The notes: generated by a model not told the origin, from the letters alone. A stretch of DNA of 64,000 nt from Methanothermococcus sp. Ax23 (GCF_049075655.1 NZ_CP157522.1:1088001-1152000); one strand, 5' to 3'. Numbered from the stretch's first letter, positions 31,298 to 41,549 are shown. Made by a program: numbers and translations.

Positions 31298-31588
31298 ATG
31301 TATGATATTATGCTCAAAGAACTGATAAACAAGATAATTTGGCATCCAGATTACGACTCAAAAGACTATGAAATAGTTTATTTGCATAGGGTTAGCGATA
31401 GTGAAAGGGAAGATTATAAGGGGCAGTCAATTCTTAATAAGATTATCACAATGGATAAAATATCGATAGAAGATTCATTTATAGTTTATAATGTGAATAA
31501 CCAAATAAGACACATTCCATTTCATAGAATTTTAGAAATTAGAAACAAAAAAACTGGGGAGATTTTGTATAAAAAAGTAAAAAGATAA
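31298..31588 (+). CDS. DUF504 / MJ1316-like protein
   Basis: NKIIWHP, YLHR, HIPFHRILEI. Confidence 0.78.
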   Translation: MYDIMLKELINKIIWHPDYDSKDYEIVYLHRVSDSEREDYKGQSILNKIITMDKISIEDSFIVYNVNNQIRHIPFHRILEIRNKKTGEILYKKVKR

Positions 31589-31626
31589 TTGTTATCTAAA
31601 ATATATAAACAAAGAAGGTTATTCAT

Positions 31627-32424
31627 ATGGTGAAAGTAGAGGAATATATGACAAAAAATGTGGATTATGTCGGTCCAGAGGATAGGGTAAAGGATGTGGT
31701 GAAACTTATTAAAGAAACCACTCATGATACATTTCCTGTGGTATTAAATGGTAAGTTAGTCGGTATCGTTTCAGTCCATGATTTAATCGATAGGGATGAG
31801 AATGAAAAAATAAAAAATCTCATGATTAAAAGAGAAGATATGATTGTTACTCGACCCGATGCAAATGTTAGGGATGTTGGAAGAATTATGTTTAGAACAG
31901 GATTTTCAAAACTTCCTGTTGTGGATGAAGATAATAATTTAGTGGGCATAATAACAAATACTGATGTAATAAGGTCCCAAATAGAAAAAACCACCCCTAC
32001 AAAATTGAACAAGATAATAAAAACCTATGAAAATTTAGGTTATAATATTAAGTTGGAAAAAGGTATTGTTCCAGTTGAAAAAATTAGGCCTACCCAATCA
32101 AAGGTATATGAAGATGAGTTGTTTGGAAGAATTTATGAATTAAAACGGGGTCTTGCAGAACCTATAATAGTTATTAAAACAAAAAAAGGAGATTATTATA
32201 TATTAATTGACGGACATCACAGGGCAGTGGCATGTTATTTATCAAACATACCAGAATTAGATGCGTATATAATTGAAATAGACACAGATAAGCCACTAGG
32301 TATAGAGAAAACTGCTGAAAAACAGGGTTTAAAAACACTGGCTGATGTCAAGATAATAGATGAAGATAAAAATGATTCATGTGAAATATATAGGCTTGGA
32401 AGTAAGATAGCACATTTGCATTGA
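31627..32424 (+). CDS. CBS-pair + ParB-like domain protein
   Basis: Two CBS domains; PTQSKV...IDGHHRA. Confidence 0.85.
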   Translation: MVKVEEYMTKNVDYVGPEDRVKDVVKLIKETTHDTFPVVLNGKLVGIVSVHDLIDRDENEKIKNLMIKREDMIVTRPDANVRDVGRIMFRTGFSKLPVVDEDNNLVGIITNTDVIRSQIEKTTPTKLNKIIKTYENLGYNIKLEKGIVPVEKIRPTQSKVYEDELFGRIYELKRGLAEPIIVIKTKKGDYYILIDGHHRAVACYLSNIPELDAYIIEIDTDKPLGIEKTAEKQGLKTLADVKIIDEDKNDSCEIYRLGSKIAHLH

Positions 32425-32486
32425 TATTGATAATTTTAATATTTTTTTAAATATTTTTTTATTTTAATATTTAATATTTATTTTTG

Positions 32487-35195
32487 TTATTTATTTGGCG
32501 GTTTTTTATTATTTAGTAGTTTTACAACTTCCATATAGATAAATGTGGAAAAGGATGCAACTAAACATATTATCCAATCTCTTAATCCAAGTGTAGTAAA
32601 TTCAAAAATGCCCCTTAAATATGGAGTGTATAAAATAATCAATGTTATTATGGATATAAAAACTACCGCTAAAATCAATATCTTATTCATCGGAGCTCCG
32701 ATTTTAAATACTGATTCATCCAATGACCTAAAATTAAAGGTATTAAATATTACCATTCCTACTATTGTTGTAAAAACCATAGTTCTTGCGTATTCTATAT
32801 TTGCTATTGGATTGGAAATAATAAATACCATAAATGCCACAAAAGCCATAAAACTGGCTAATTTTATTACTAAAAAAAAGTTTTTTTTAGCCAATATCTC
32901 TTGCCCAATCTTTCTCGGCGGTTTGTTCATGACATCCTTTCTTACGGGGTCCATACCCAATGATATAGCAGGGAGCTCCTCGTCAAATGCATTTATAAAT
33001 AAAATTTGTAAAGGCAACAATGGAAGATAGTTAAAACCGTATATTAGTATGCCTATTGATATAAGGATTACCTCTGTAAAATTCCGGGAAATTAGATAGC
33101 AGGTGAATTTTTCTATATTTTCGTATATATTTCTACCGCTTTTAACTGCCTCCACTATCGTGGCAAAATTATCATCTTGGAGAATCATATCGCTGGATTC
33201 TTTTGCGACATCAGTTCCTTTTATGCCCATGGCTATGCCTATATCTGCCATTTTTAAAGCTGGGGCATCATTAACACCATCACCAGTCATAGCCACAATA
33301 TGACCTTTTCTTTTTAGGGTTTTAACAATCTTTAATTTCTGTTCAGGCATGACTCTTGCGTATATCTCCACAACATCCACAAGAGATTCAAATTCTTTTT
33401 CATCTAATATTTCCAGTTCGTTTCCAGTCATAACTCTTTTGACTGTTTTATTATCATCATTATCATCCAACAACCCAATTTTCTTACCTATTGCCTTTGC
33501 AGTTTCTTCATTATCTCCTGTTATCATTATTACCTTTATGCCTGCTTTTTTACAGGTTTCTATTGCCTCTTTTACTCCTTCTCTTGGCGGGTCAGTCATA
33601 CCAACTAAACCTAAAAAAATTAAATCATTTTCAATTTCATCATCTTTTAACGTATTATACTCATAATAATCTTCATTACAAATTTTTTTATATGCCACGC
33701 CAAGAACACGATAGGATGAGCTCGCCAGTTTGTTATTCATCCCAATTATTTTTTCTATTTCATCGGCATTAATTTCCCATATTCCATTGTCCTTTCGAAG
33801 CGAATCCTTCGGATTCGCTGACTTACGAAAACTCGAAGAGTTTTCGTCAAGTTTGATAAATTTGCATTTTTTTAAAATAACTTCCGGAGCTCCTTTTGAA
33901 AATACGATTAACTCATTATTTACATTATTTACCTCATCTACTTTATGAACTGTTGTCATCAATTTTCTTTCGGAACTAAACGCTATTTCTTTTATTCTCG
34001 GGTATCTTTTCTCCAAATTATCTTTCCATAAATCAGCCTTTGCACCAGCAACGATTAATGCCACCTCTGTTGGGTCTCCAATGGAGTCCCATATTCCATC
34101 GGTTTTCCTAATTACTGCATTGTTGCACAAGGAAACAGCCTTTAACAGTAAAACCAAATTTTCCTGAGTATCTACTTTAATATTCTTATCCTCTATAAAA
34201 AATTTCCCTTCTGGTTCATAGCCCTTTCCAGTTATTTCATAGATTTTGCCATCAACAAAAATTTTTTCCACAGTCATTTCATTTTTTGTTAAAGTGCCTG
34301 TTTTATCGGTGCAAATCACAGTAGTTGAACCAAGGGTTTCTACTGCAAGCATCTTTCTTACAACTGCATTATGCTTTGCCATATTGTGCATGCCCACCGA
34401 TAAGGTAAGGGTTAAAGTGAGTGGAAGCCCCTCGGGAACAGCCGCCACTGCAAGGGCAAGTGCAACCATTAACATCTCAGCAATAGGAGCTCCCATAAGA
34501 ATACCAAATCCAAACACCGCAGAACTGGATAATAATGCAATTAATGCCAATGTTCTTCCCAAATTGTGTATTTTTATTTGAAGTGGTGTTTTTTCTTTTT
34601 CATCTTTTTCAATCATATCTGCGATTTTTCCGAGCTCTGTTCTCATACCAGTATTAATTACAATAGCTTCACATTTTCCCCGCACAATCTGAGTTCCAGC
34701 AAAAATTAAGTCCCCCTTGGATTTTTTTACAGCTTTACTTTCTCCCGTTAGTATTGATTCATCAACCTTAAATTCCCCAATTGTATCTATAATTTTTGCA
34801 TCAGCGGGAATTATATCTCCCATTTCTAAAACAAGAACATCTCCGGGAACAACTTCCCTACTGTATATTTCTCTTAATTCCCCATCCCTTATTACCCGAG
34901 TTTTATATTGAACAAATTTTTTTAAAGATTCCATGGCTTTTTCTGCCTTATACTCCTGAATAAATCCCATGATTATAACAAAAATAATTACAAACAATAT
35001 CATCCAAAAATTAAGCACTTCACCAATAAAAATGGATATAGCCATTGCTACAATAAGCACCCACACTAAGAAATTACTCACAAACTGCCGGATTAAAATA
35101 TTAAGCCATGTTATTCTTTTTTTAGCTTTCAACTCATTGTATCCGTATTTTTCCAATCTCTCCTTAGCTTCCCATTCCGTTAAACCCAATGTCAT
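32487..35195 (-). CDS. P-type (IIA, Ca2+-type) cation-transporting ATPase
   Basis: DESILTGES, PEGL, DKTGTLT, KGAPE, TGDN, GDGVND; start likely MTLG at 35195; carries a 19-aa cassette insertion. Confidence 0.93.
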   Translation of the reverse strand: MTLGLTEWEAKERLEKYGYNELKAKKRITWLNILIRQFVSNFLVWVLIVAMAISIFIGEVLNFWMILFVIIFVIIMGFIQEYKAEKAMESLKKFVQYKTRVIRDGELREIYSREVVPGDVLVLEMGDIIPADAKIIDTIGEFKVDESILTGESKAVKKSKGDLIFAGTQIVRGKCEAIVINTGMRTELGKIADMIEKDEKEKTPLQIKIHNLGRTLALIALLSSSAVFGFGILMGAPIAEMLMVALALAVAAVPEGLPLTLTLTLSVGMHNMAKHNAVVRKMLAVETLGSTTVICTDKTGTLTKNEMTVEKIFVDGKIYEITGKGYEPEGKFFIEDKNIKVDTQENLVLLLKAVSLCNNAVIRKTDGIWDSIGDPTEVALIVAGAKADLWKDNLEKRYPRIKEIAFSSERKLMTTVHKVDEVNNVNNELIVFSKGAPEVILKKCKFIKLDENSSSFRKSANPKDSLRKDNGIWEINADEIEKIIGMNNKLASSSYRVLGVAYKKICNEDYYEYNTLKDDEIENDLIFLGLVGMTDPPREGVKEAIETCKKAGIKVIMITGDNEETAKAIGKKIGLLDDNDDNKTVKRVMTGNELEILDEKEFESLVDVVEIYARVMPEQKLKIVKTLKRKGHIVAMTGDGVNDAPALKMADIGIAMGIKGTDVAKESSDMILQDDNFATIVEAVKSGRNIYENIEKFTCYLISRNFTEVILISIGILIYGFNYLPLLPLQILFINAFDEELPAISLGMDPVRKDVMNKPPRKIGQEILAKKNFFLVIKLASFMAFVAFMVFIISNPIANIEYARTMVFTTIVGMVIFNTFNFRSLDESVFKIGAPMNKILILAVVFISIITLIILYTPYLRGIFEFTTLGLRDWIICLVASFSTFIYMEVVKLLNNKKPPNK
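33796..33852 (-). repeat. 57-nt double-hairpin cassette inserted in frame in the ATPase
   Basis: acttgacgaaaactc-ttc-gagttttcgtaagtc-agcgaatcc-gaa-ggattcgct-tcg; near-identical to 46569-46626; removal gives CKFIKKDNG. Confidence 0.85.
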
Positions 35196-35323
35196 TGTAT
35201 CACAAAATATATAATAATAAATAAAAACGGTAGTATGATGATAAAAAATAATAAAATATAAAAATATGGAGTATATGGACATATTTTTAAAATTTATACA
35301 TTATTTATGTTTTTTGAACTAAT

Positions 35324-36433
35324 TTACAATCTACTGTATTTGTAAAATATCCTACAAGTTCCTTCATCAGAAACCATACAGCTTCCAATAGGATTTAATG
35401 GATTGCATGGATTTCCAAATAATTTACAATCGCTGGGTAATTTTTCCCCCCTTAGTATTTCACTACATATGCAACCTTTGTTTATTTTTTCCTCTATTTC
35501 TGGGATATCCTCATGCTCAAATATGTCAAATTTTGCATATTTTTCCCTAAGTTTTAAGCCACCTTCTTTTATAATTGGAAAACCTCTCCAAGCAACATCA
35601 GCAGGTTCAAACACTTCGTTTATCATCTTCTGGGCAACCATGTTTCCTTCTTCCCTAACTGCCCTTTTATACTCGTTTTCAACCTTTGCCGTATTGTTTA
35701 TTATCTGCTTCAAAATCATGGCAATTGATACCAAAACATCAAGGGGTTCAAATCCTGCTACAACCATCGGAGCTCCGTATTTTTCACAAGGTTCATAGTA
35801 TGGTTTTAAACCTGTAATTGTTGAAACATGCCCTGGACATATAAATCCATCTATATTTGTTGTTCCTTGACTAAGCAAAAAGTCCATAACTGGTGGTGTT
35901 TGCCTATGACAGTTCAATATATAGAAGTTTGATTCATTTTTATTACCACTTAATTTATTGTTAAGATGTAGGAGCTCCGCGGCTGTTGTTGGTGCTGTGG
36001 TTTCAAAGCCTATGGCTACAAATACAACTTTTCCCTTATTGTTTTCCTTCTGCTCTTTTGCAAGTTTTACTGCATCCCCTATTCCATATACTATCCTTAC
36101 ATCAGCCCCTTCTGATTGAAGTTGCATCAATGATTTTTTACTTCCGGGAACTCTATACATGTCTCCCAATGTGGTTATTGTGTATCCATTTTCAGCCAAA
36201 TAAATTGCAGTATCTATCTCTTTCTGAGTGGTGACACATACTGGACATCCAGGACCTGGTATAACCGTTATATTTTCAGGAAGAACGTCCCTTATTCCAT
36301 ATTTACAGATGGTATGTTCATGAGAACCGCAGACATGCATTATCTTTACATTGTCATCTATTTTACCTGACAGTTTTTTAATAGTATCTATTGATTTTTT
36401 TATCAAAGTTTTGTCGTTGATGTTTATTGCCAT
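35324..36433 (-). CDS. hypD: Hydrogenase maturation factor HypD
   Basis: VCGSHEH, GPGCPVC, GFETT, PGHVS, GSCMVSDEGTC. Confidence 0.96.
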   Translation of the reverse strand: MAININDKTLIKKSIDTIKKLSGKIDDNVKIMHVCGSHEHTICKYGIRDVLPENITVIPGPGCPVCVTTQKEIDTAIYLAENGYTITTLGDMYRVPGSKKSLMQLQSEGADVRIVYGIGDAVKLAKEQKENNKGKVVFVAIGFETTAPTTAAELLHLNNKLSGNKNESNFYILNCHRQTPPVMDFLLSQGTTNIDGFICPGHVSTITGLKPYYEPCEKYGAPMVVAGFEPLDVLVSIAMILKQIINNTAKVENEYKRAVREEGNMVAQKMINEVFEPADVAWRGFPIIKEGGLKLREKYAKFDIFEHEDIPEIEEKINKGCICSEILRGEKLPSDCKLFGNPCNPLNPIGSCMVSDEGTCRIFYKYSRL

Positions 36434-36539
36434 AATATCCCTACTGTTTATATAATATTAATATCTTATTAAAAATAAAATGGTTAATCCTATATAAATT
36501 GTTATTTATAAAATTTATAAAAATGTGAAGGTGAAAATT

Positions 36540-36929
36540 ATGTTCCCAGGAAGGATGAATCCAAGGATGTTAAAACAAATGCAGAAGATGATGAAAGATT
36601 TTGGAATGGATGCTGAGGATTTAAAAGCGGTGAAGGTAACAATCGAGTTAGAGGACAAAATACTTGTGTTTGAAAAGCCAAAGGTTCAATTAATGGATAT
36701 GATGGGGACCAAAACATACTCCATAACAGGAAAGGCTAAAAAGATTAAGAAAGAAACAGAGGAAAAACCAGAAGAGAAAATAAAGGATGAAGAAGTTAAA
36801 TTAGATATCACTGATGAAGATATTGAAATGGTAATGAATCAGTGCAATGTTTCAAAAGAAGAGGCTAAAAAGGCATTGGAAGAATGCAACGGAGATATAG
36901 CTGAGGCGATTTTAAAACTAAGTGAATAA
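36540..36929 (+). CDS. nac: Archaeal nascent polypeptide-associated complex protein
   Basis: MFPGRMNPR...; C-terminal UBA-like GDIAEAILKL. Confidence 0.92.
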   Translation: MFPGRMNPRMLKQMQKMMKDFGMDAEDLKAVKVTIELEDKILVFEKPKVQLMDMMGTKTYSITGKAKKIKKETEEKPEEKIKDEEVKLDITDEDIEMVMNQCNVSKEEAKKALEECNGDIAEAILKLSE

Positions 36930-37010
36930 ATTTATTGAATTTTAAATTATAAATTATTAAACTTATTTTTTTACGATAAACCGCCGAGAAAGCCAACGAT
37001 TTTAATCGTT

Positions 37011-37047
37011 ATACAAAACATAGTTTTGTAAAATCTCTTACGAGATT
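37011..37047 (+). repeat. 37-nt double-hairpin insert within the IS left-end hairpin
   Basis: tacaaaac-ata-gttttgta + aatctc-ttac-gagatt splits ccaacgattttaatcgtt|gg; present in all full copies. Confidence 0.7.
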
Positions 37048-37373
37048 GGATGAGAGGCGCACATCATTTTTTTTATATACTCCACTACATAATATATGAG
37101 TGTAATTAGAATAATAGCATATATATAAATTTGGTGAATTCCATGCAAGTAACCAGAGTGCTGACAATAAACCTAACCAGAAGTTTAAATAATGAACAAT
37201 TAATAATCATAAACCATTTAACCTATTCAGCATCAAAACTCTGGAATACATCCAACTACGAAGTAATACAGCGAAACATTAAACCAAATAAAATAGATGT
37301 TCAAATGAAGAACAACTTCTGGTTTAAAAACCTGCACTCACAGTCAGCACAGGCAGTATGTCAAAAACTTCAA

Positions 37374-37420
37374 ATTAGACGAAAACCTTCGGTTTTCGTT
37401 GCTCGCTTGCTACGCAAGCG
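37374..37420 (+). repeat. 47-nt double-hairpin cassette (frameshifting) in tnpB
   Basis: attagacgaaaacc-ttc-ggttttcgttgc-tcgcttgc-tac-gcaagcg. Confidence 0.85.
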
Positions 37421-37813
37421 ATTGCATGGCAAAACTACTTCAAACAACACACTAAAAGACCACGATACCAACCAAAAGATGGACACTTTCCCGTAAAATG
37501 GAAGAAGCAAGGTTTCAAAATCATAGGCAATAAGTTAAGATTATCCTTATCTAAACAAACTAAAAACTATCTCAAAGAGAAGCATGGTATCAAGTGCAGG
37601 TATCTATGGGTAGGGTTATCGAAAACTCTACCGCTTGATACCATGCAGGTTAAAGAAGTTGAGATAGTTCCGCAGACCATCTATGGGATAACCTACTACA
37701 TACTTCACTTAATCCATAAGAAACCAGTAATTCAAGAACCTATCAAAGAAGGTAATATATTAAGTATTGATTTAGGAATTAAGAATTTAGCAACAGCAAT
37801 AACAAACACAGGT

Positions 37814-37861
37814 ATCAGGCGAAAACCTTCGGTTTTCGCTACTCACCAACATCAGTTGGTG
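37814..37861 (+). repeat. 48-nt double-hairpin cassette (in frame) in tnpB
   Basis: atcaggcgaaaacc-ttc-ggttttcgctac-tcaccaac-atca-gttggtg; removal gives TNTG-KAVIYDG. Confidence 0.8.
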
Positions 37862-38550
37862 AAAGCAGTAATCTACGATGGAAGAAGGTTAATTTCTAAA
37901 TTCCGATGGTTTGCTAAAACAAAGGGGAAAATACAGTCTGCACTAACAAAACAGGAGTTAAAGAATAACAAAAGATTATCACACTTAACAGTAAAGGAGA
38001 AAAACTACACTAAGGATTATCTTCATAAGGTCAGTAAGATGATTGTTGATTTTGCAGTAGATAATAAAGTTTCAAGGATTGTAATCGGCGAGTTAAACAA
38101 AGGTATTTCAAATATTAATATTGGTAGAAAGAACAACGAGAAAATACACAAGATACCTTTTGGTAGGTTAGTAAGTATGATACAGTATAAAGCAGAGGAA
38201 AGGGGATTAACAGTAGAACAGGTTAATGAATCTTATACTTCTCAAACTTGTAGTAATTGTGGTGTGGTTAAAAAGAGTAATAGGAAGTATAGGGGTTTGT
38301 ATGTGTGTAGTGAGTGTGGTATGGTTTTGAATGCTGATATTAACGGGGCTTTGAATATTTTAAAAAAAGTATTTTCATGTAGCGTAGCCCTGAACCCGTT
38401 AATGGGTAGGGGTAGTGGGCTTGGCAACCCATGTAGGGTTAGACCCTGCTAAAGAACCCCACGATTTTAATCGTGGGAGTATGTCAGGTTATTAAAAATT
38501 TAAATAAAAATTTAGATAATTTATAACATGCTGAATTATCGGTGAAAAAA

Positions 38551-39900
38551 ATGGATATTGAAGGATATGTAAAAAGATGTTTGGAGAGAAAAACACCTGA
38601 AAATAAAATAATCGAAGATGGATTTAAGAGAGTAATGGAAGTCAAAAAAATAGATGAGGAAATTGCAAAGGAATTTGTTGAGGCAGTAATTCAAGAGGTA
38701 AAAACCACTCAATCCTATAAAAAAATAGACGATGAAAAATTAAAATATATTTTGGACTGTGAGGAATCAGGAGTATCTATGGGAGAGATTGGAGGAGGTA
38801 GTAGAGGAGAAGGAGATTTTTTCATACATAGGCAGATAGCAAGGATAATCGAAAGCACAAATCAAAAAACAGAAGTTGATAGCAGGGAACAGGATGATGC
38901 AGGAGTTGTAAAATCGAACGCAAACTACATAGTTGTTGCAGTTGATGGAACTCATTCAAGATTAAGTGATTTTCCTTTTTTAGCTGGTTTTCATGTCACT
39001 AGGGCATGCCTTAGAGATGTTTTTGTAATGGGTGCAGACCCTGTTGCACTTATAAGTGATATCCATTTAGCAGATGATGGGGATGTATCCAAGATATTTG
39101 ATTTTACAAGCGGTATTTGTGCAGTATCTGAGGCAATAGGCGTTCCATTGGTTGCAGGAAGCACATTAAGAGTTGGGGGAGACATGGTATTGGGAGATAG
39201 AATGGTGAGCTCCGTAGGGGCAATAGGAGTAATTGAAGATAACAAACCAACGGCAAGGAAAAGAGCAGAAGTTGGAGATGTAATTTTAATGACTGAGGGA
39301 AGCGGTGGAGGAACAATATCCACAACGGCATTATATTATGGGATGTTTGATGTAATTTATGAAACACTTAATGTGGATTTTTTAAAGGCATGTAAAAATC
39401 TCATAAAACACGACCTATTGAAATATATCCATGTAATGACTGATGTGACGAACGGAGGACTCAGGGGGGACGCCTACGAAATTTCAAAAACTGCAAATGT
39501 TTCATTGGAGTTTTATAAGGATGAAATATATAGTTTGATAAATCCAAAGGTTTTGGATATGCTGAATAAGTTGAATATTGACCCATTGGGCGTTTCAGTG
39601 GATAGTTTATTGATAATAGCTCCAAAGGAACATGCGGATGAAATCATGGAAAAAACTGGTGCAAAGATAGTTGGAGAAGTAAAGGAAGGAAATACCAGTT
39701 ATTTAATAGATAATGGTAAAAAAATCCCATTGATTCCAGAGTTCAGAGAGGCAGCATACACCCCAGTTAAAAAAGTCGTGGATAAAATGAAGCCCGATAA
39801 AGAAGAATTTGAAATTATGAAGAAAAAGGTTAAAAAGGCATGTGATGAGGCAATTAAAAAGAAGGAATTTGTAAAGGAGTTATTGAATAAAAACATTTAA
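38551..39900 (+). CDS. AIR synthase (PurM)-related protein
   Basis: GSRGEGDF, DDAG, VDGTHSRLS, DIHLADDGD, MTDVTNGG. Confidence 0.85.
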   Translation: MDIEGYVKRCLERKTPENKIIEDGFKRVMEVKKIDEEIAKEFVEAVIQEVKTTQSYKKIDDEKLKYILDCEESGVSMGEIGGGSRGEGDFFIHRQIARIIESTNQKTEVDSREQDDAGVVKSNANYIVVAVDGTHSRLSDFPFLAGFHVTRACLRDVFVMGADPVALISDIHLADDGDVSKIFDFTSGICAVSEAIGVPLVAGSTLRVGGDMVLGDRMVSSVGAIGVIEDNKPTARKRAEVGDVILMTEGSGGGTISTTALYYGMFDVIYETLNVDFLKACKNLIKHDLLKYIHVMTDVTNGGLRGDAYEISKTANVSLEFYKDEIYSLINPKVLDMLNKLNIDPLGVSVDSLLIIAPKEHADEIMEKTGAKIVGEVKEGNTSYLIDNGKKIPLIPEFREAAYTPVKKVVDKMKPDKEEFEIMKKKVKKACDEAIKKKEFVKELLNKNI

Positions 39901-40024
39901 TTCATTTTTTATCATTTATCATTATTATTTTTATTATCTATCTGTATCATTTTATTTACCTTTATTCCCTTATTTACTCTCGCATATTACATTTTTCATT
40001 TTTTTATTTTCACAGTTGTGTATG

Positions 40025-40094
40025 TTATTGACACTACTCAATAATGTATATATAGCTGTTTCATAACATAGTAATGTGTAGTAAAAATACTACA
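40025..40094. promoter_or_regulatory. Two inverted repeats flanking a TATA-like box (candidate operators)
   Basis: ttattga-N6-tcaataa (40025-40044) and tgtagta-N4-tactaca (40077-40094) upstream of an operon that encodes an ArsR regulator. Confidence 0.45.
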
Positions 40095-40124
40095 TATTGT
40101 CAAATAATAAAACATGGTGATAAT

Positions 40125-40406
40125 ATGAAACCATCAACCATACTATTTGGGGCATTGGCATCTCTTTTAATAATTGGTGGGATATATGCCTACAATACGG
40201 ACACTACGGTAAATGGGACAATATCAAATGCGGTAAATTGCCTTTGCGGTTCCGAATGCAACTTCACAGGACAAGAATCATGTATTTGTGGTAATGAATA
40301 CCATCATTCAGAAGAAGATGGATGCTGTGGAATGGCATACAGGCACGGTCATGGATACAGACACGGAGCTCAGAGCTGTGCATACCATAATTATGATAAT
40401 CAATAA
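40125..40406 (+). CDS. Small exported Cys/His-rich protein
   Basis: Signal/TM segment, then CLC...CIC...CC and repeated YRHG; GGTGA RBS. Confidence 0.65.
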   Translation: MKPSTILFGALASLLIIGGIYAYNTDTTVNGTISNAVNCLCGSECNFTGQESCICGNEYHHSEEDGCCGMAYRHGHGYRHGAQSCAYHNYDNQ

Positions 40407-40467
40407 GTTTAAATAAATATAAATAAATATAATTACATGAATATTTTTATAATCAAGAGGTGATTAT

Positions 40468-41499
40468 ATGCTGAAAAAATTAATGGTGCTTCTATCACTG
40501 ATAGCACTGTCGGCATCAGCAGTATCTGCAACAGATGTCGTATTGGTAAGTGATAATTATGCAGACCAGACGGCTGCTTTGGAAGTTGCAAATGTATTAA
40601 ATGCAACAGTAATTACTACAACATGGGGAATATACAACGAAAGTGTAATTGATGAAATAAAATCACTTAATCCCGATAAAGTAATAGTAATTGGTGGAAA
40701 TTTAGCAGTTGTTGATGATTACATCATTGCATTAGAAAATGAAGGTCTCACAGTTGAAAGAATAGGCGGACAGACAAGATACGACACAAACGCAAATATC
40801 ACATTGAGATTCCAAAATGAGTTTGCTCATGCATATGGAAATGCAACAATCTGCGTTGCTCATGGAATGGATGATATATCACTAAATGAAACAATGGCAA
40901 GAGTAAGAGACGGTCATTGTTTGGTAGTATTATCAAACGGCACTAACTTATCAGTAGAACCTGAAAGATTACATTTGAGAATTAACAAAGTAGAAGTAAT
41001 TGAAAATCCAGCTTGCCCATACAACCACTCAGCAGTGGTAAATGGATTGAGAAATAAGGGGCTTAATGTGGCTGTTCAGAACATTCCAGAAGACAGAGTA
41101 AAATCAATGATACAAAATAGAATAAGATACATGGAAATGAAAATTGAAATGTTAAAAGGACAGGGAATAAACACCACTGAATTGGAAGAGCAATTAAACG
41201 AAGTCAATGCATTAATGAACCAGAACAAGTATCAAGACGCATACAGAATAATGATGCAGTTAGAAGGGGAGCAAATGGCAACAGTTAGATTGCACTTGCA
41301 ACCTGGCGGCCATGGTAAAATGATGGGGAACAATACAAACATGGGCAACATGGGAGTTCCTATAGACCATCAAAATGTTGGAAATGCAGGAACTCCTGCA
41401 AACACCAACGCACCTATGAACCATCAATATGAAAACACCACAGTAGGAAATGCAGGAGCTCCACACATTAATCATCAAAACATGAAAGTGATGGAATAA
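40468..41499 (+). CDS. Secreted cell-wall-binding repeat 2 (CWB2)-like protein with His/Met-rich tail
   Basis: Signal peptide; VIVIGG..V, ERIGGQTRYDT; repeated VGNAGxP...NHQ tail. Confidence 0.75.
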   Translation: MLKKLMVLLSLIALSASAVSATDVVLVSDNYADQTAALEVANVLNATVITTTWGIYNESVIDEIKSLNPDKVIVIGGNLAVVDDYIIALENEGLTVERIGGQTRYDTNANITLRFQNEFAHAYGNATICVAHGMDDISLNETMARVRDGHCLVVLSNGTNLSVEPERLHLRINKVEVIENPACPYNHSAVVNGLRNKGLNVAVQNIPEDRVKSMIQNRIRYMEMKIEMLKGQGINTTELEEQLNEVNALMNQNKYQDAYRIMMQLEGEQMATVRLHLQPGGHGKMMGNNTNMGNMGVPIDHQNVGNAGTPANTNAPMNHQYENTTVGNAGAPHINHQNMKVME

Positions 41500-41549
41500 T
41501 AAATACACAACATTAAATCTTTTTTATTTTTTAAATTTAAGGTGATATT

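Larger units (their letters stand above)
37143..38452 (+). pseudogene. tnpB: TnpB RNA-guided nuclease, frameshifted by a 47-nt cassette
   Basis: LTYSASKLWN, HSQSAQ, SIDLG, IGEL, ESYTSQTCSNC...CSEC, NADING; deleting 37374-37420 gives one continuous ORF (QKLQIAWQNYF...). Confidence 0.88.
36975..38487 (+). mobile_element. IS200/IS605-family (IS1341-like, tnpB-only) element, 1513 bp
   Basis: Inserted 3' of TTTAC; left end GATAAACCGCC with ccaacgat-ttta-atcgtt[insert]gg hairpin; right end cccacgat-ttta-atcgtggg...TCAG; ends defined by comparison with three MITE copies. Confidence 0.9.

Noticed and set aside
37374-37420. Cassettes as bulge-helix-bulge introns
   Set aside because: No convincing BHB at the junctions by eye, and the cassettes occur in both orientations relative to genes and in spacers. 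RT-PCR would still be the decisive test.
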